Source: an uncultured archaeon
Lineage (GTDB): Archaea > Iainarchaeota > Iainarchaeia > Iainarchaeales > CSSED10-239
Length of the DNA stretch: 5,249 nucleotides
Assembly (NCBI GenBank): GCA_964468895.1
Contig: CAYXWT010000017.1
Location: 2,513 to 7,761 of the forward strand
Reading direction: 5' to 3'
The notes below the pieces were generated by a model. That model made no database searches and was not told the DNA's origin. It saw only the letters and a program-made list of their open reading frames with translations. Within the stretch, counting starts at the first letter, position 1; the number at the start of each line of letters is the position of its first letter. The position numbers and the translations under genes were made by a program. Shown here in pieces: positions 4,969-5,249 of this stretch.

Positions 4969-5249
4969 TTAAAATTCAACATCTACACCATCAGCATCAT
5001 AATCAACTTCATAATCTTCTTCTAATTGATTATCAATTTGTGAAGACTCTTGATTTCCATCATAATCAAAATCATCTAAAGAATATTTAGAATTAGTTTT
5101 TTTCAATTTTTTACTTTTAGATTTTAAGTTAACTTTAGATTTAGAAGTCACCTTAGTTTTTAATTCAGGTTTAATTTGGATTTTAGCTTTTGTTTTAACT
5201 TTAGACTTAACTTTAGTTTTAGATTTAATATCAACTTTAGATTTTATCT
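4969..5249 (-). CDS. 3' part of a gene for a Lys-repeat protein with an acidic, aromatic C-terminal tail (5' end outside the window)
   Basis: The supplied ORF starts at a GTG (5151-5149). Hand translation shows the frame stays open with no stop to position 5249. The same K-x-K-x repeat continues across the GTG: ...IKSKVDIKSKTKVKSKVKTKAKIQIKPELKTK-V-TSKSKVNLKSKSKKLKK.... The real start is therefore probably beyond the edge. The last 38 residues have 15 D/E, no K/R and 6 F/Y. Confidence 0.65.
   Translation of the reverse strand, partial: IKSKVDIKSKTKVKSKVKTKAKIQIKPELKTKVTSKSKVNLKSKSKKLKKTNSKYSLDDFDYDGNQESSQIDNQLEEDYEVDYDADGVDVEF

Noticed and set aside
5149-5151. GTG start codon implied by the ORF track for the 60-aa ORF
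   Set aside because: The frame stays open upstream to the window edge and the same Lys-repeat pattern continues across the GTG with no SD before it. The 60-aa model is probably a truncation artefact. I annotated a partial CDS at 4969-5249 instead.
5131-5244. Near-tandem 12-nt DNA repeats (AACTTTAGAYTT), considered as a possible non-coding or CRISPR-like repeat
   Set aside because: The units are contiguous or irregularly spaced, lack unique spacers, and fall in frame within an open reading frame where each encodes K-S-K-V or a similar unit. They are coding repeats, not an array.

Overview
Very AT-rich, gene-dense window that looks archaeal. Every gene I can support lies on the minus strand.

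Secure anchors:
- A full-length group II chaperonin (thermosome, 2475-4076).
- A Sulfolobus-type single-OB-fold SSB (1995-2333).
- A canonical 76-nt tRNA whose anticodon reads UAU (tRNA-Ile, 1809-1884). It is the only GC-rich island in the window.

Other content:
- A 492-aa four-TM membrane protein built from an internally duplicated two-TM hairpin (197-1675).
- A possible 5' end of another membrane-protein gene at the left edge (1-88).
- Three uncharacterised genes with unusual charge, upstream of and co-oriented with the thermosome:
  - A Lys-repeat protein with an acidic, aromatic C-terminal tail. Its ORF is open to the right window edge (4969-5249).
  - A 149-aa protein I read as histone-fold-like, with a 47-residue polyacidic N-terminal tail (4366-4815).
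  - An 82-aa Asn-rich ORF whose TAG stop overlaps the thermosome Shine-Dalgarno (4087-4335).

Lineage: the thermosome, the crenarchaeal-type SSB, a genomically encoded tRNA-Ile(UAU), short spacers, oligo-T terminators and N/K/I-rich proteins together suggest a small-genome DPANN or nanoarchaeal-like archaeon. That placement is inference only.

I see no CRISPR array, transposase, integrase, toxin-antitoxin or recognisable defence gene. The best candidate for something undescribed is the charged-tail gene trio upstream of the thermosome. I cannot show from sequence alone that it is a functional system. Promoter calls are weak because TATA-like strings are everywhere at this composition.
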